Notes under the pieces: model-generated
Told to the model about the DNA's origin: nothing
Database searches by the model: none
Seen by the model: only the letters and a program-made list of their open reading frames with translations
IMG/VR virus record: IMGVR_UViG_3300037583_000003
Span: 29,183 to 93,182 of that record
DNA from: a virus
Reading direction: 5' to 3' (one strand)
DNA: 64,000 bases
Made by a program: the position numbers and the translations under genes
Part shown: positions 1 to 9,484 of the stretch, in pieces
Layout of the letters: each line of letters begins with the position of its first letter
Numbering within the stretch: position 1 is the first letter of the stretch

Positions 1-3
1 CTA

Positions 4-273
4 ATGGCAGAAGTATCCAAAAGTAAAGACCGCATAATTACTGAGGATATGGTAGAAGCTTTAGCTTACTCAGAGCACACAAAGTACATGCACCTATACG
101 TACCATTTTGGAATCCAATCGAGGATACGTTAGGTGTACTAAGTGCAGTAGCGAGTACTGACCACGTTTGTTTTATAGAAGCGTACTATGTGCAAACAAC
201 ACTACCTTATAGGTCTTATATGCATACTTTCATACCAGACGTAACCAATAGAAATAACAGATCTATGTCTTAA
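4..273 (+). CDS. hypothetical phage protein
   Basis: 89-aa ORF co-directional with the block; no recognisable motif. Confidence 0.6.
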   Translation: MAEVSKSKDRIITEDMVEALAYSEHTKYMHLYVPFWNPIEDTLGVLSAVASTDHVCFIEAYYVQTTLPYRSYMHTFIPDVTNRNNRSMS

Positions 274-292
274 CTCCATACAAGGAATCAAC

Positions 293-1303
293 ATGACACT
301 ACCTACTGCTAGTCAAACAGAGTCACCTACCACAGACAGCAAACTAATATCCCTAACCACAGCACAAGAAAACTACAGTAACATCATCTCAGAACTAAAC
401 GAAGTATCATCAGGTATCTCAGAATCAGTACTATTCTCCGAGACAGAATTTAGCCAAGCTAAGGCTGATCTACAAGACTTCGTAATCAAGTCACAACAGC
501 TAGCTAACCGTAGCACTATAAAAGAAAGAGCTATGAGAGGACTAGCTAAAGTACCTCTAATCGGCCAACATGCAGAAGAATCTCTTAGAAGTATCCAAAG
601 AGACAAGATGAACGATACCTCTATCTCAGAGATTGTAGATCAGTTATACAGTGGCATCGAAGCTAGAGGTGTATCTCTAACAAACACTATTAACCAATGG
701 TACAACCTAGTAGACAAGTCTACCTCATTAGTAGCCAACCTAAGTACACTAGACGCTCAACTAGACACAGTACTAGCTACTGAGCTAACTGGCAAGGAAC
801 GATTCAACCTAACTAGTGTGTCTTCCGAAACTAAGATGACCCTAGCAAGTAACCTAGGAACTATCCAGGAACTGCAAGTACTTACAACTGTAGGTGAAGG
901 TATTCTGAAACGTATCAAACAAACAATGCCAGCTAGCAGAGCAGTACTCCTCAACAGACTAGTTATGGACGCTGGTGTGTCTCAGATTAACAACATCCAT
1001 GATGAGATCCAAGACATCGTAGCAATTTCAGATGACATCAACAAAGTAATGCAACAAAACAGTCATACTGCTGTAATGAAAATGATCTCATCCCAAGTAA
1101 CTTCAGAAAAGGAAATCAAGAGTCTAACTCAAGGTTACGACAACAGAGTAAAACTGCATGAGGACGTTAACAGAGAAGTAGTGAAAATGATTGATAACAT
1201 GCAAACTACACACACAGCTATATCTGAATCTATGGCTAAAACCTCCAAGGCTCTAGCGGCTAATGCCTTAATAGACCTATCATCAAGAGAGACAGTACAA
1301 TGA
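293..1303 (+). CDS. coiled-coil protein, possibly TelA/KlaA (toxic anion resistance)-like
   Basis: 336 aa with helical heptad character and a KVPLIG segment; AAGGA RBS; family call is by resemblance only. Confidence 0.45.
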   Translation: MTLPTASQTESPTTDSKLISLTTAQENYSNIISELNEVSSGISESVLFSETEFSQAKADLQDFVIKSQQLANRSTIKERAMRGLAKVPLIGQHAEESLRSIQRDKMNDTSISEIVDQLYSGIEARGVSLTNTINQWYNLVDKSTSLVANLSTLDAQLDTVLATELTGKERFNLTSVSSETKMTLASNLGTIQELQVLTTVGEGILKRIKQTMPASRAVLLNRLVMDAGVSQINNIHDEIQDIVAISDDINKVMQQNSHTAVMKMISSQVTSEKEIKSLTQGYDNRVKLHEDVNREVVKMIDNMQTTHTAISESMAKTSKALAANALIDLSSRETVQ

Positions 1304-1767
1304 TCCAATCCACATTCACCGTAGAGACCACCAGTAATGTAGTCACCTTCGCGTTAGGAAACGTAGCTTTTATCTCTTTATCCGAAAGCCTAGGTAACAT
1401 TCGAGTTACCCTAAACAAGGAAGGTAACGACTCCGTAGTATTAATAAGTCTAATCCGAGATACAAAAAAGGTATTCAACGAATTCCAGACTGCACTATCC
1501 AAGTACAAATCTAAGTCACTAGAATCTGTACCTTCTAGGTTAGCAAAATCAGCTACTGAAATAGTAGAAACTCTTTCTTATATGAAAGAGAGTATGGCAG
1601 AAAACGCACGTATGGTAGATTCTATGGAGTGGAAAATACCTATGTTAGTAGAGAAAGGTATTGAAGAAAAACTAGCTCTAGTAGATCCACACCTCGATAA
1701 AATCCTACGAAAGCTAGATAACATTAACAAAGGCTTTACTGCACCTATTGTCATCAAAGGTTTATAA
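1300..1767 (+). CDS. hypothetical protein
   Basis: 155 aa; ATGA overlap with upstream stop. Confidence 0.7.
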   Translation: MIQSTFTVETTSNVVTFALGNVAFISLSESLGNIRVTLNKEGNDSVVLISLIRDTKKVFNEFQTALSKYKSKSLESVPSRLAKSATEIVETLSYMKESMAENARMVDSMEWKIPMLVEKGIEEKLALVDPHLDKILRKLDNINKGFTAPIVIKGL

Positions 1768-1793
1768 CCCTAACCTAAACAAGGAACTAACTA

Positions 1794-2195
1794 ATGGGCT
1801 TTAAAATAACAGAAGAACACTACACAACAAAGCTACTGCAAGCAAACCCAAACAACATCTACGTCTTTGGTGACAACCTATGTGGCTATGGTTTAGGGGG
1901 TCAAGCTTGTATCAGACTTGAACCTAACGCTTTCGGTTTACCAACTAAGGTGTACCCAAGCACTACAGTAACCTCATACTTCAATGAGGAGGACAAACAC
2001 CAGATTAAGCCACATCTAGCTGCCAAATTTAAGTACCTAGAGGAGCTAGCTACTACACACACAGTAGTATTCCCTTCTGCTGGCTTGGGTACTGGGCTAT
2101 CACAACTAGACGTCAGAGCACCTAGCATCCTCGAATTCATTGACGACTGGGTATTCTCAGTTACAGGAGAACACTATGAACAATACAGAAATTAA
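1794..2195 (+). CDS. macro-domain-like phage protein (YVFGDN...GGQA family)
   Basis: Motifs IYVFGDNL, GLGGQA, PNAFGLPTK, VFPSAGLGTGLS. Confidence 0.55.
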   Translation: MGFKITEEHYTTKLLQANPNNIYVFGDNLCGYGLGGQACIRLEPNAFGLPTKVYPSTTVTSYFNEEDKHQIKPHLAAKFKYLEELATTHTVVFPSAGLGTGLSQLDVRAPSILEFIDDWVFSVTGEHYEQYRN

Positions 2196-2631
2196 ACCAC
2201 TACCAACTACCAAAAGGGAACTACTCACTGCTCTCCTTGAAGATAGGAAATTCCTAACACTTGGTGGACACACTCTCTACTACGATGACTCAGCTCCTTG
2301 TTACCCTTTCAAGCAATCACTAAACCCTACTAAAAATCCCTCATCCTATGCCTCACTAGGTAGCTGGACTCCAAAAGACCTACTAGACTTAAAGGAAGTA
2401 CTGCCCCCCAAGTGGTATGAAAATATCCCATCAGATGGAGTACTCTGTGAGGTTTGGGATGAGGATACGGACACTAAAGTAACCACACTAATACATAAGT
2501 ACTCATCAAAACAGACCTACCCGTTCCAGACTAGCAATTACTCCTACTACCTTAATGCAACACCTCTGTCAAAAGAACGTATGGACGTACTAACAAACAA
2601 CACACTAGAGGCACTACTATGCGACAGTTAG
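2176..2631 (+). CDS. hypothetical phage protein
   Basis: ATG at 2176 follows AGGAGA, a better start than 2140; contains WYENIP-GVLCEVWD. Confidence 0.6.
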   Translation: MNNTEIKPLPTTKRELLTALLEDRKFLTLGGHTLYYDDSAPCYPFKQSLNPTKNPSSYASLGSWTPKDLLDLKEVLPPKWYENIPSDGVLCEVWDEDTDTKVTTLIHKYSSKQTYPFQTSNYSYYLNATPLSKERMDVLTNNTLEALLCDS

Positions 2632-3590
2632 CAACTACACAACAAATCGAAGAAGTAAGACCTATTGAGGGAGCAGACTTAATTGCTGCTTACAAGATAA
2701 AAGGTTGGTGGGTTGTAGCACGTTTAGGTGAATTCGAGGTAGGTGACTACTGTACTTACATCGAGATTGACTCATGGATTCCAACAGAAGTAGCACCATT
2801 CCTATCCAAAGGTAACGAACCTAGAGAGTACAACAAGATTAGAGGTGAGAGACTTAAAACTATCAAGTTAAAAGGTCAAATCTCACAAGGTCTAACCTTA
2901 CCTACAACCTTAAGAGTTGTTGGAGAAGACGTCACAGACTCTCTAGGTATTACCTTATGGGAAGCAACTATCCCTGCTCAACTAGCTGGTTTACAGAAAG
3001 GTAACTTCCCTTCATTCATCCCAAAAACTACACAAAGTAGAATCCAAAACCTACATAGACTACCAGAGGGTAAACTATTCGAAGTTACAGAAAAACTACA
3101 TGGGACTTCTTGCACTATATACAGTACAGACGGTGAGTGGGGAATATGTTCCAAAGACACGGAATTCAAACTCGACGGTAATGATAAAAACACCTTCGTT
3201 AACACATTACAGAAGCTACTACATAAGTTACCTCTAGATGGTCCAGATTTAGCTATACAAGGAGAGATCATAGGTTACGGTATCAATGGTAACCAGTACA
3301 AGATTGATGGCTCTAGGTTCCTAGTATTTGACATCTACAACATCACAACAGCTACCTACATGTTACCAGAAGAGAGACTACGTTATTGTCACAAGAACCA
3401 ACTTACACATGTACCTATAATTCACAAGGAACTATCCTTAGAGGGTGAAACAGTAGAATCACTACTCTTAACTGCTGACACGACTAGTACGCTACATACA
3501 TGCAAGGCTGAAGGACTAGTCTTCAAGTCTACAACAGACGACACCTCGTTTAAGGTGATTTCCAATAAATGGCTACTAAAGGAGAAATAA
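2619..3590 (+). CDS. ATP-dependent RNA ligase (DRB0094/Rnl2-like family)
   Basis: N-terminal PIEGADLI...YIEIDSW...LKGQISQGL; adenylation motif TEKLHGTS; QGEIIG; EGLVFK; FKVISNKWL. Confidence 0.9.
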   Translation: MRQLATTQQIEEVRPIEGADLIAAYKIKGWWVVARLGEFEVGDYCTYIEIDSWIPTEVAPFLSKGNEPREYNKIRGERLKTIKLKGQISQGLTLPTTLRVVGEDVTDSLGITLWEATIPAQLAGLQKGNFPSFIPKTTQSRIQNLHRLPEGKLFEVTEKLHGTSCTIYSTDGEWGICSKDTEFKLDGNDKNTFVNTLQKLLHKLPLDGPDLAIQGEIIGYGINGNQYKIDGSRFLVFDIYNITTATYMLPEERLRYCHKNQLTHVPIIHKELSLEGETVESLLLTADTTSTLHTCKAEGLVFKSTTDDTSFKVISNKWLLKEK

Positions 3591-3667
3591 CTAACATCTA
3601 GTATTTACAAATACAAATTAATACAATCAACAAGTAGGGGTACGCTACTATAAAACGTACCAACTTA

Positions 3668-3859
3668 TGGAAGTACTGGTGTTTGTGAATGTGGGTTCGA
3701 TTCCTACGCTGTAGCGTGTAGTACCTTAACTGGTATTGGGCGGTGCAGTCTTGTAGGCAAGTTAGAGACTCAATACTGAAGGTTCGATTCCTTCCACTTC
3801 CTAGAGTAATCTACCATTAACTAGCTATAACTAGTTAATGGATTATACCAGTACTTCCA
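3668..3859 (+). ncRNA. putative structured tRNA-like non-coding RNA
   Basis: Two T-arms (GTGGG-TTCGATT-CCTAC 3691-3707; GAAGG-TTCGATT-CCTTC 3778-3794), acceptor-like GGAAGT/ACTTCC, and a 15-bp inverted repeat 3668-3682/3845-3859; no ORF of 60 aa or more. Confidence 0.55.
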
Positions 3860-4017
3860 GGTTTATAGGCCTGTAAACTACGTCTCAGCATGAGTTGAGA
3901 GAATCCAGCCTAGCATGACTGGTACGACTTAACAGTTGTATAGTATAAAGGTTTTGGATTACTCTACCTAGAGAGCTTATCACCTGAGTACTCCAGATAG
4001 AGTAATTAACTAATCAC

Positions 4018-4093
4018 GGCTTCGTAGTTTAAAGGGTAAAACATTCCTCCCCTAAAGGAAAGCTTTCGGTTCGATACCAGAATGAGGCCACCA
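4018..4093 (+). tRNA. tRNA-Arg(CCT), atypical
   Basis: Acceptor GGCTTCG/TGAGGCC-A-CCA, D stem GTTT/AAAC, anticodon stem TTCCT/AGGAA with loop CC-CCT-AA, T loop TTCGATA; C at position 33 and a bulged T stem. Confidence 0.75.
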
Positions 4094-4112
4094 AACAACT
4101 AAAGGTAACACA

Positions 4113-4595
4113 ATGAAAATCCTAACTAGTCCATTACAAATGTTTCTAGCTACACTAAACCCATTCGTAACTACTTGTGAAACTACAGAGTTCCAGTTCG
4201 TAACCCACCCAGACTTCTACCTAGATGGCGTTAACAAGTTCTCTGTAGATCGTACAGAGTTTGAAAACATGAGATTGTTCTCTAGTACGCCTAGTACTGT
4301 AGCACTACCTATTACGGTGGAATACCCGAACACTAGAGTGGTCTTAACTCTAGAGTACGACCAAACAGACTTACTCGGTTTACGTAAAATCTCAGCAGGG
4401 AGAGCTAGTCCCAACAATCTAAGCTCCAGATTTCGCTACTTAAACGTACTAAGCCTAGTCATAGCCAAAGTAAACTCTCAAACAGAAGATGCAGTAGGTC
4501 TACATAGATTTGTAGATGAACTGCTTAAACCCTACCCTATTAACTGTACAAACCTAGTTATGGTATCAGTTAGTAGCCAAGAGACACAACCATAG
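4113..4595 (+). CDS. hypothetical protein
   Basis: 160 aa; AAGGT RBS. Confidence 0.7.
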   Translation: MKILTSPLQMFLATLNPFVTTCETTEFQFVTHPDFYLDGVNKFSVDRTEFENMRLFSSTPSTVALPITVEYPNTRVVLTLEYDQTDLLGLRKISAGRASPNNLSSRFRYLNVLSLVIAKVNSQTEDAVGLHRFVDELLKPYPINCTNLVMVSVSSQETQP

Positions 4596-4705
4596 TGATA
4601 GGATTAACAAAAAACGCCAGTATCGCTATAACCACTTGGGCAGGACACGACCCAGCAGTTACTGTACTACTACTAGTTTACCTAATACACAAAGCACTAT
4701 TCTAA
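4595..4705 (+). CDS. small putative membrane protein (36 aa)
   Basis: GTG overlaps upstream stop; MIGLTKNASIAITTWAGHDPAVTVLLLVYLIHKALF fills the gap before rIIA. Confidence 0.4.
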   Translation: MIGLTKNASIAITTWAGHDPAVTVLLLVYLIHKALF

Positions 4706-4727
4706 CCAAACAATTAAAGGACTACCA

Positions 4728-6956
4728 ATGCAACTTTCCACTGGACAAGAAGCAGTAAACAACACTGGACTAGCTTCTAACGAACTAACCATGCAACATT
4801 CAGCTAGTGCATTTGAGATTGTATTCAGTTCTCTCTACGAACGTAAGGAAGAGGCTGTACTAAGAGAACTAGCTTGTAACGCACTTGATGCACATATCGT
4901 AGCTGGTATCCCTAATGTACCTATCCACATCAAGTTACCTACAACACTAAACCCCAACTTAGTAGTTACAGACCAAGGTGATGGTATGTCTCTATCTACC
5001 GTAAACAAAGTGTACTTCGCTATGTTTGCATCAACTAAACGAGACAACAATAACGAGATTGGTGGTTACGGTATCGGATCTAAATCTCCATACGCTATCA
5101 CCGAATCATTCACAGTAAAAACGATCCACAAGGGTCTACGAACAGACATCATCATGTCATTAGACAAAGGTATCCCTAAGTCTCTAATTGTAGCTTCTGA
5201 AGTACCTACAGACGAACCTAATGGGACTACAGTAACCGTCCCAGTATCTTGTAGCTATAAACAAAGTAAACTAACACTTGTAGCCGAGAAATTATTCACC
5301 TACTGGGATACACTACCTGAGTGCAGTGAAGTAACTTTAAATAGTAAAACAAAAACTAAGCTATTCTCAACAAACCACTTCACGTACACATCACTTGGGT
5401 TTAGAACAATAGGAAGTATATTTGGGTACATACTAGTTGGTCCTGTAAAATACGCAGTACCTGACGAAATAATGAATTCACTAAAGTTTCCAAAGACAAT
5501 GAACTCATCAAGGCTTAGAGACTTACTAGGTAACGCTGTAAGGGTACTACTAACATCCGAGATTGGTAAAGTAAAAATAGCTCCATCAAGAGAGAGGATT
5601 GACGTAACCACGGAAAACAAAGACTACATTCAAAGTCTAGTGGACGAGGTTACAAGCTCTTTAGAGGAAGATTTCCGTGTCAGCTCGTTAGACGTTCACG
5701 AGATCATATACAAGCACGTTAAGGATGTACCACCGTCAGAAAACGGCTTAAGCTACAATCAGATAGCTGCCTTACAGACAGAATTACATAGTAAACACCT
5801 AGAAAGTACCTTACACCGCTTGTGTGTAGAAACACCTGAAGCCTTATCAAAAACAAAAAGAGATTACTTAATTGCTTTCTCTGATGCTACGTACTACGCT
5901 AGTTGTTATCAAAATAACAAAATCCCAGAAGTATTCGTGCTTAGTTTAAATGCTGGTTACATGCACAGACTAAATAGCTTAGGAAGTCTTAAACGATTCA
6001 CGAATGACCAAAGCAGCATCATTAGGAGGTACACTAGATTAAAACTTAACGCAGAGGATAAAGTCACTATACTTGTTGAAGCAGAAAGCCTAACCAACCA
6101 GCAAAAAAGCTTAATAACCTACAACAGGAGACTTGCTTACACAAGTGGTGATTCATCTACGTTCTTGGAACTGTACTCCTGCGAAGATATAGACCTATAC
6201 AAACAATTAGCCAAGGACTACTTGCCTTACGAGGTAGAGTTCTTAACCTTCAAGGAGCTGAGTAAAACATTAGTAGCTAAACCTAAAGTAAGCAGATCAA
6301 CTAGTGGTACAAACAAACCTAGAGGTACTCCCTCAATAGAGTCATGGAGTACTCACGAAGGTTGTGCAAATAAAAACCTAACACCAGAAGATGTATACTC
6401 TGATACTGAAGGTGTAAGGACTATCTTCATAGTGGAAGTTAAACCATCAGATGTGCACCACATTGTGAGAAATATATCAGACTTGGTAAGTAAGATACCT
6501 ACTAGAATTGTCTATATAACAGCAACAGAAAAACACACAGCTAGGTACAAAAACCACAACCTCAAGAACTTCACTACTTGTAGTAGTACATCATTGTCTA
6601 CAAAGAAACTCCAATGGGTGATTGGAAAAAACTATAAGTTACTAAAAGCACTAGCTACAACTTGGAAGCAATCATGGGCTTTTGATAAAGCAAACCTAAG
6701 TACTAGCTACGCTAAGGTAGAAGAAGCTTACGGCTTAGGGGAGGTATCTTGGGAATTCCGCAGTACCTTTAACAGACGCCCAGACACCTACCTAATACAT
6801 GAAATTTTTGGGGACGGTAACTACAAACAAATAGAAATAGCTCATGCTATAGTATCATCTAATAAACAAGCAGTAGCAATTGCTAACCTATACTCCAAAA
6901 CTACAGTATCCAAGGTATTAAATAAACTACTAAACCACGCAAAAGAAGAGGAATAA
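4728..6956 (+). CDS. rIIA: rIIA-like protein
   Basis: GHKL ATPase motifs LRELACNALDAH, DQGDGM, STKRDNNNEIGGYGIGSKSP, NGTTV; paired with rIIB. Confidence 0.9.
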   Translation: MQLSTGQEAVNNTGLASNELTMQHSASAFEIVFSSLYERKEEAVLRELACNALDAHIVAGIPNVPIHIKLPTTLNPNLVVTDQGDGMSLSTVNKVYFAMFASTKRDNNNEIGGYGIGSKSPYAITESFTVKTIHKGLRTDIIMSLDKGIPKSLIVASEVPTDEPNGTTVTVPVSCSYKQSKLTLVAEKLFTYWDTLPECSEVTLNSKTKTKLFSTNHFTYTSLGFRTIGSIFGYILVGPVKYAVPDEIMNSLKFPKTMNSSRLRDLLGNAVRVLLTSEIGKVKIAPSRERIDVTTENKDYIQSLVDEVTSSLEEDFRVSSLDVHEIIYKHVKDVPPSENGLSYNQIAALQTELHSKHLESTLHRLCVETPEALSKTKRDYLIAFSDATYYASCYQNNKIPEVFVLSLNAGYMHRLNSLGSLKRFTNDQSSIIRRYTRLKLNAEDKVTILVEAESLTNQQKSLITYNRRLAYTSGDSSTFLELYSCEDIDLYKQLAKDYLPYEVEFLTFKELSKTLVAKPKVSRSTSGTNKPRGTPSIESWSTHEGCANKNLTPEDVYSDTEGVRTIFIVEVKPSDVHHIVRNISDLVSKIPTRIVYITATEKHTARYKNHNLKNFTTCSSTSLSTKKLQWVIGKNYKLLKALATTWKQSWAFDKANLSTSYAKVEEAYGLGEVSWEFRSTFNRRPDTYLIHEIFGDGNYKQIEIAHAIVSSNKQAVAIANLYSKTTVSKVLNKLLNHAKEEE

Positions 6957-6958
6957 CC

Positions 6959-7909
6959 ATGTATCCACATATCGTCACAAACTCAACATTAACTATTATC
7001 CTAGATGGTGTACCTAACACTATTGAGGATAGCCATACAAACTACCTAGAGGCACTAGAGATTGCCCGTATAGAAACCCCATCTAAGGAATTAGACGAAC
7101 ACCTACTAGAACTAGTCAAACCAATCAAACAATTCACTCGTATCTTTGGCTCTGACGTTACTGGCTTCTACATGGTCAATGACGTCCTACAGTGCAAGGT
7201 ACAAGGGAAGGTTTTCACTTTACCAGAAACACTTTACGCTCAAGTACTAAGTATCTACAGAGAAGGTGGAAACTTACAACCACTCTACAACTTTGTAGTT
7301 AAGCTATCTAAAAACCCAAGACAAGAGGTAGTACGTGAGTTATGGGACTTTATCTACTCCTGTGGTCTAGCTCTAACCAAATCAGGAAACTTTCTAGCTT
7401 ACAAGAATGTTAATACCAACTTTAAGGACATCTACACTAACACTATGGACAATTCTCCAGGATCTACCCTCAAGATGGATAGATCAGAAGTAGAACACAA
7501 CCCTGATGTAACTTGTGCTAGAGGCTTACACTTTGCTGCTTGGGGTTACTTGAAACACTATGCACATGGAGGAAGAACAGTAATCTTGTCTATCTCCCCT
7601 AAAAATGTAGTATCTATTCCTACAGACTATAACAACATGAAAGGTAGAGCTTACAAATACAAGGTACTCCGTGAAGTAGAACAGCCAGAGGAGTTAAAAG
7701 CAAAGTCTGTATGGTCTGATTACCACACTAGGCTTGACGAATGGCAAGACAACATGGATGTTAAACCAGACTTCAATGGTTTAGTAGAGGTAGAATTTGT
7801 CAATGGCTATAGTATTAAGAGTGAAATAACCCCTCTTACTTGGGGTATTTGCCCAGATACCGAATGGGACGTTGCTAGGTTCAAACTCTTAGAACTCTAC
7901 AACGAATGA
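6959..7909 (+). CDS. rIIB: rIIB-like protein
   Basis: GNFLAYK, TCARGLH, NVVSIPTDYNNMKGR motifs. Confidence 0.9.
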   Translation: MYPHIVTNSTLTIILDGVPNTIEDSHTNYLEALEIARIETPSKELDEHLLELVKPIKQFTRIFGSDVTGFYMVNDVLQCKVQGKVFTLPETLYAQVLSIYREGGNLQPLYNFVVKLSKNPRQEVVRELWDFIYSCGLALTKSGNFLAYKNVNTNFKDIYTNTMDNSPGSTLKMDRSEVEHNPDVTCARGLHFAAWGYLKHYAHGGRTVILSISPKNVVSIPTDYNNMKGRAYKYKVLREVEQPEELKAKSVWSDYHTRLDEWQDNMDVKPDFNGLVEVEFVNGYSIKSEITPLTWGICPDTEWDVARFKLLELYNE

Positions 7910-8718
7910 TAGTCCAACCACTATCAGATCTACACTTAGATAGCTACTTCCCCTCGTTGACACCAACAGACGAGGAGTTAGCTTACTTCTGTAACCAAAA
8001 GCTTACCTCAACAGGCAACATCGACGTATTCACAATAGCTGGTGACTTAAGCCATTCTGACACTCTAACAGGTATATTCCTCAACTACCTAGTAAGGCAA
8101 TACAACGCTCATGTAGTTTTCACCTACGGTAACCATGATCTATACCTAATAGGTGAACACAAAGACCTAGCTGATTCTTGGGAACGTATCATCAATCTAC
8201 AGGTTATGTTCCACAAGTCACCTAAGATACATTTCCTAAATGGAGACTACGTAGATATTGATGGAATTAGATTCGGTGGACTATGCAACTGGTATGACGG
8301 TGGTTCTAGAAAGTACCATCCACTACTAGACTACTTCTGGAGACAAGAAATCAATGACTTCAGGTACATAAAGCTAGGTACTAGAGGAGACGTTAGCATT
8401 CAAGGTATTCGTACAGCTATGTCGCCCAAAGACCAACTAATGTCCTTACGCAACGCTAACTGTGACTACCTACTAGCTCACGTCTGTCCTATACAAGACA
8501 CAGATCTAGTAACTGAGGAATACAGAAGATCACTCACTAACGGATTCTTCTTCTCAGACGACCTAAACCTATTAGGCAACCCTAAGTTACGCTACCTACA
8601 GTTTGGACATACTCACAGTAGGGTATCAAAGCAATACGACAACTTCATAGCCTTTAATGCAGCCATCGGTTACAAGGGAGAGTGTCGTTTTCAACCACCC
8701 CAAACAATAACCCTTTAA
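7906..8718 (+). CDS. calcineurin-like metallophosphoesterase
   Basis: SDLH, AGD, GNHD and GHTH motifs. Confidence 0.9.
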   Translation: MIVQPLSDLHLDSYFPSLTPTDEELAYFCNQKLTSTGNIDVFTIAGDLSHSDTLTGIFLNYLVRQYNAHVVFTYGNHDLYLIGEHKDLADSWERIINLQVMFHKSPKIHFLNGDYVDIDGIRFGGLCNWYDGGSRKYHPLLDYFWRQEINDFRYIKLGTRGDVSIQGIRTAMSPKDQLMSLRNANCDYLLAHVCPIQDTDLVTEEYRRSLTNGFFFSDDLNLLGNPKLRYLQFGHTHSRVSKQYDNFIAFNAAIGYKGECRFQPPQTITL

Positions 8719-8728
8719 GGAGCATACT

Positions 8729-9247
8729 ATGGCAACTATTATAGCAGCAATGACATTAGATGGAGGTATAGGCTACAAAGGCAACCTACTAGTAGATGAC
8801 CCTATTGACATGTACCAATTCAGGCTACAAACCACTAATCAAGTAGTCATAATGGGACGTAACACCTATGAGTCGTTACCCAATGGATTTCTGCCTAACA
8901 GAGTAAACTTAATCGTAACATCCTGCAAGGAGCTACATAAGAAGTACCCTGATCAAACCTTTACCTCCCTAACTAAAGCCCTATACTACGCTGGAACTAT
9001 ACCTGAAAAGGAAACTTTCATCATAGGTGGGGGGCAACTATACAAAGAAGCAATCACATTACCTCACGCACACAAACTCATCCTAACTGAACACTACACA
9101 TACCCAGACAATAGTGATACATTCTTTCCGCCTATACCTAAGAACTTTAAACTAACCAAATCTATACCTTACTACCTAGCAGACGAAGACAATGGTTGTG
9201 GCATACACGCTAAGATAAACTTCTATACCCGTAGGTACAACGTATGA
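8729..9247 (+). CDS. folA: dihydrofolate reductase
   Basis: GGIG, VIMGRNTYESLP, LPNRVN, FIIGGGQLY, DTFFP. Confidence 0.92.
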   Translation: MATIIAAMTLDGGIGYKGNLLVDDPIDMYQFRLQTTNQVVIMGRNTYESLPNGFLPNRVNLIVTSCKELHKKYPDQTFTSLTKALYYAGTIPEKETFIIGGGQLYKEAITLPHAHKLILTEHYTYPDNSDTFFPPIPKNFKLTKSIPYYLADEDNGCGIHAKINFYTRRYNV

Positions 9248-9483
9248 CAGCTCATAACCATCTAACCCCTAGAACTCCTAGTAAACCATTCTTCGATGTA
9301 GGTAACTACGCTGTACTTTGGTACAACAAGGAGTTCAAGCACGTAGCTACAGAACTTAGTGAACTTAACCGTATTGACCTAATAGCTCAATCTAACGAGG
9401 TACTTAAGCGTTACTCTACAAGACATAGCTTTGTTATCGTCTTAGTATGCCACAGCTCTCTAACCTCACCTTGGTGTCCCTGA
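9244..9483 (+). CDS. hypothetical protein
   Basis: 79 aa; coupled to folA. Confidence 0.6.
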   Translation: MTAHNHLTPRTPSKPFFDVGNYAVLWYNKEFKHVATELSELNRIDLIAQSNEVLKRYSTRHSFVIVLVCHSSLTSPWCP

Positions 9484-9484
9484 T

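Noticed and set aside
4049-4055. Amber suppressor tRNA (CTA) and TAG recoding
   Set aside because: CTA is off-centre in the 7-nt loop and the centred anticodon is CCT; genes are full length in the standard code and several end in TAG
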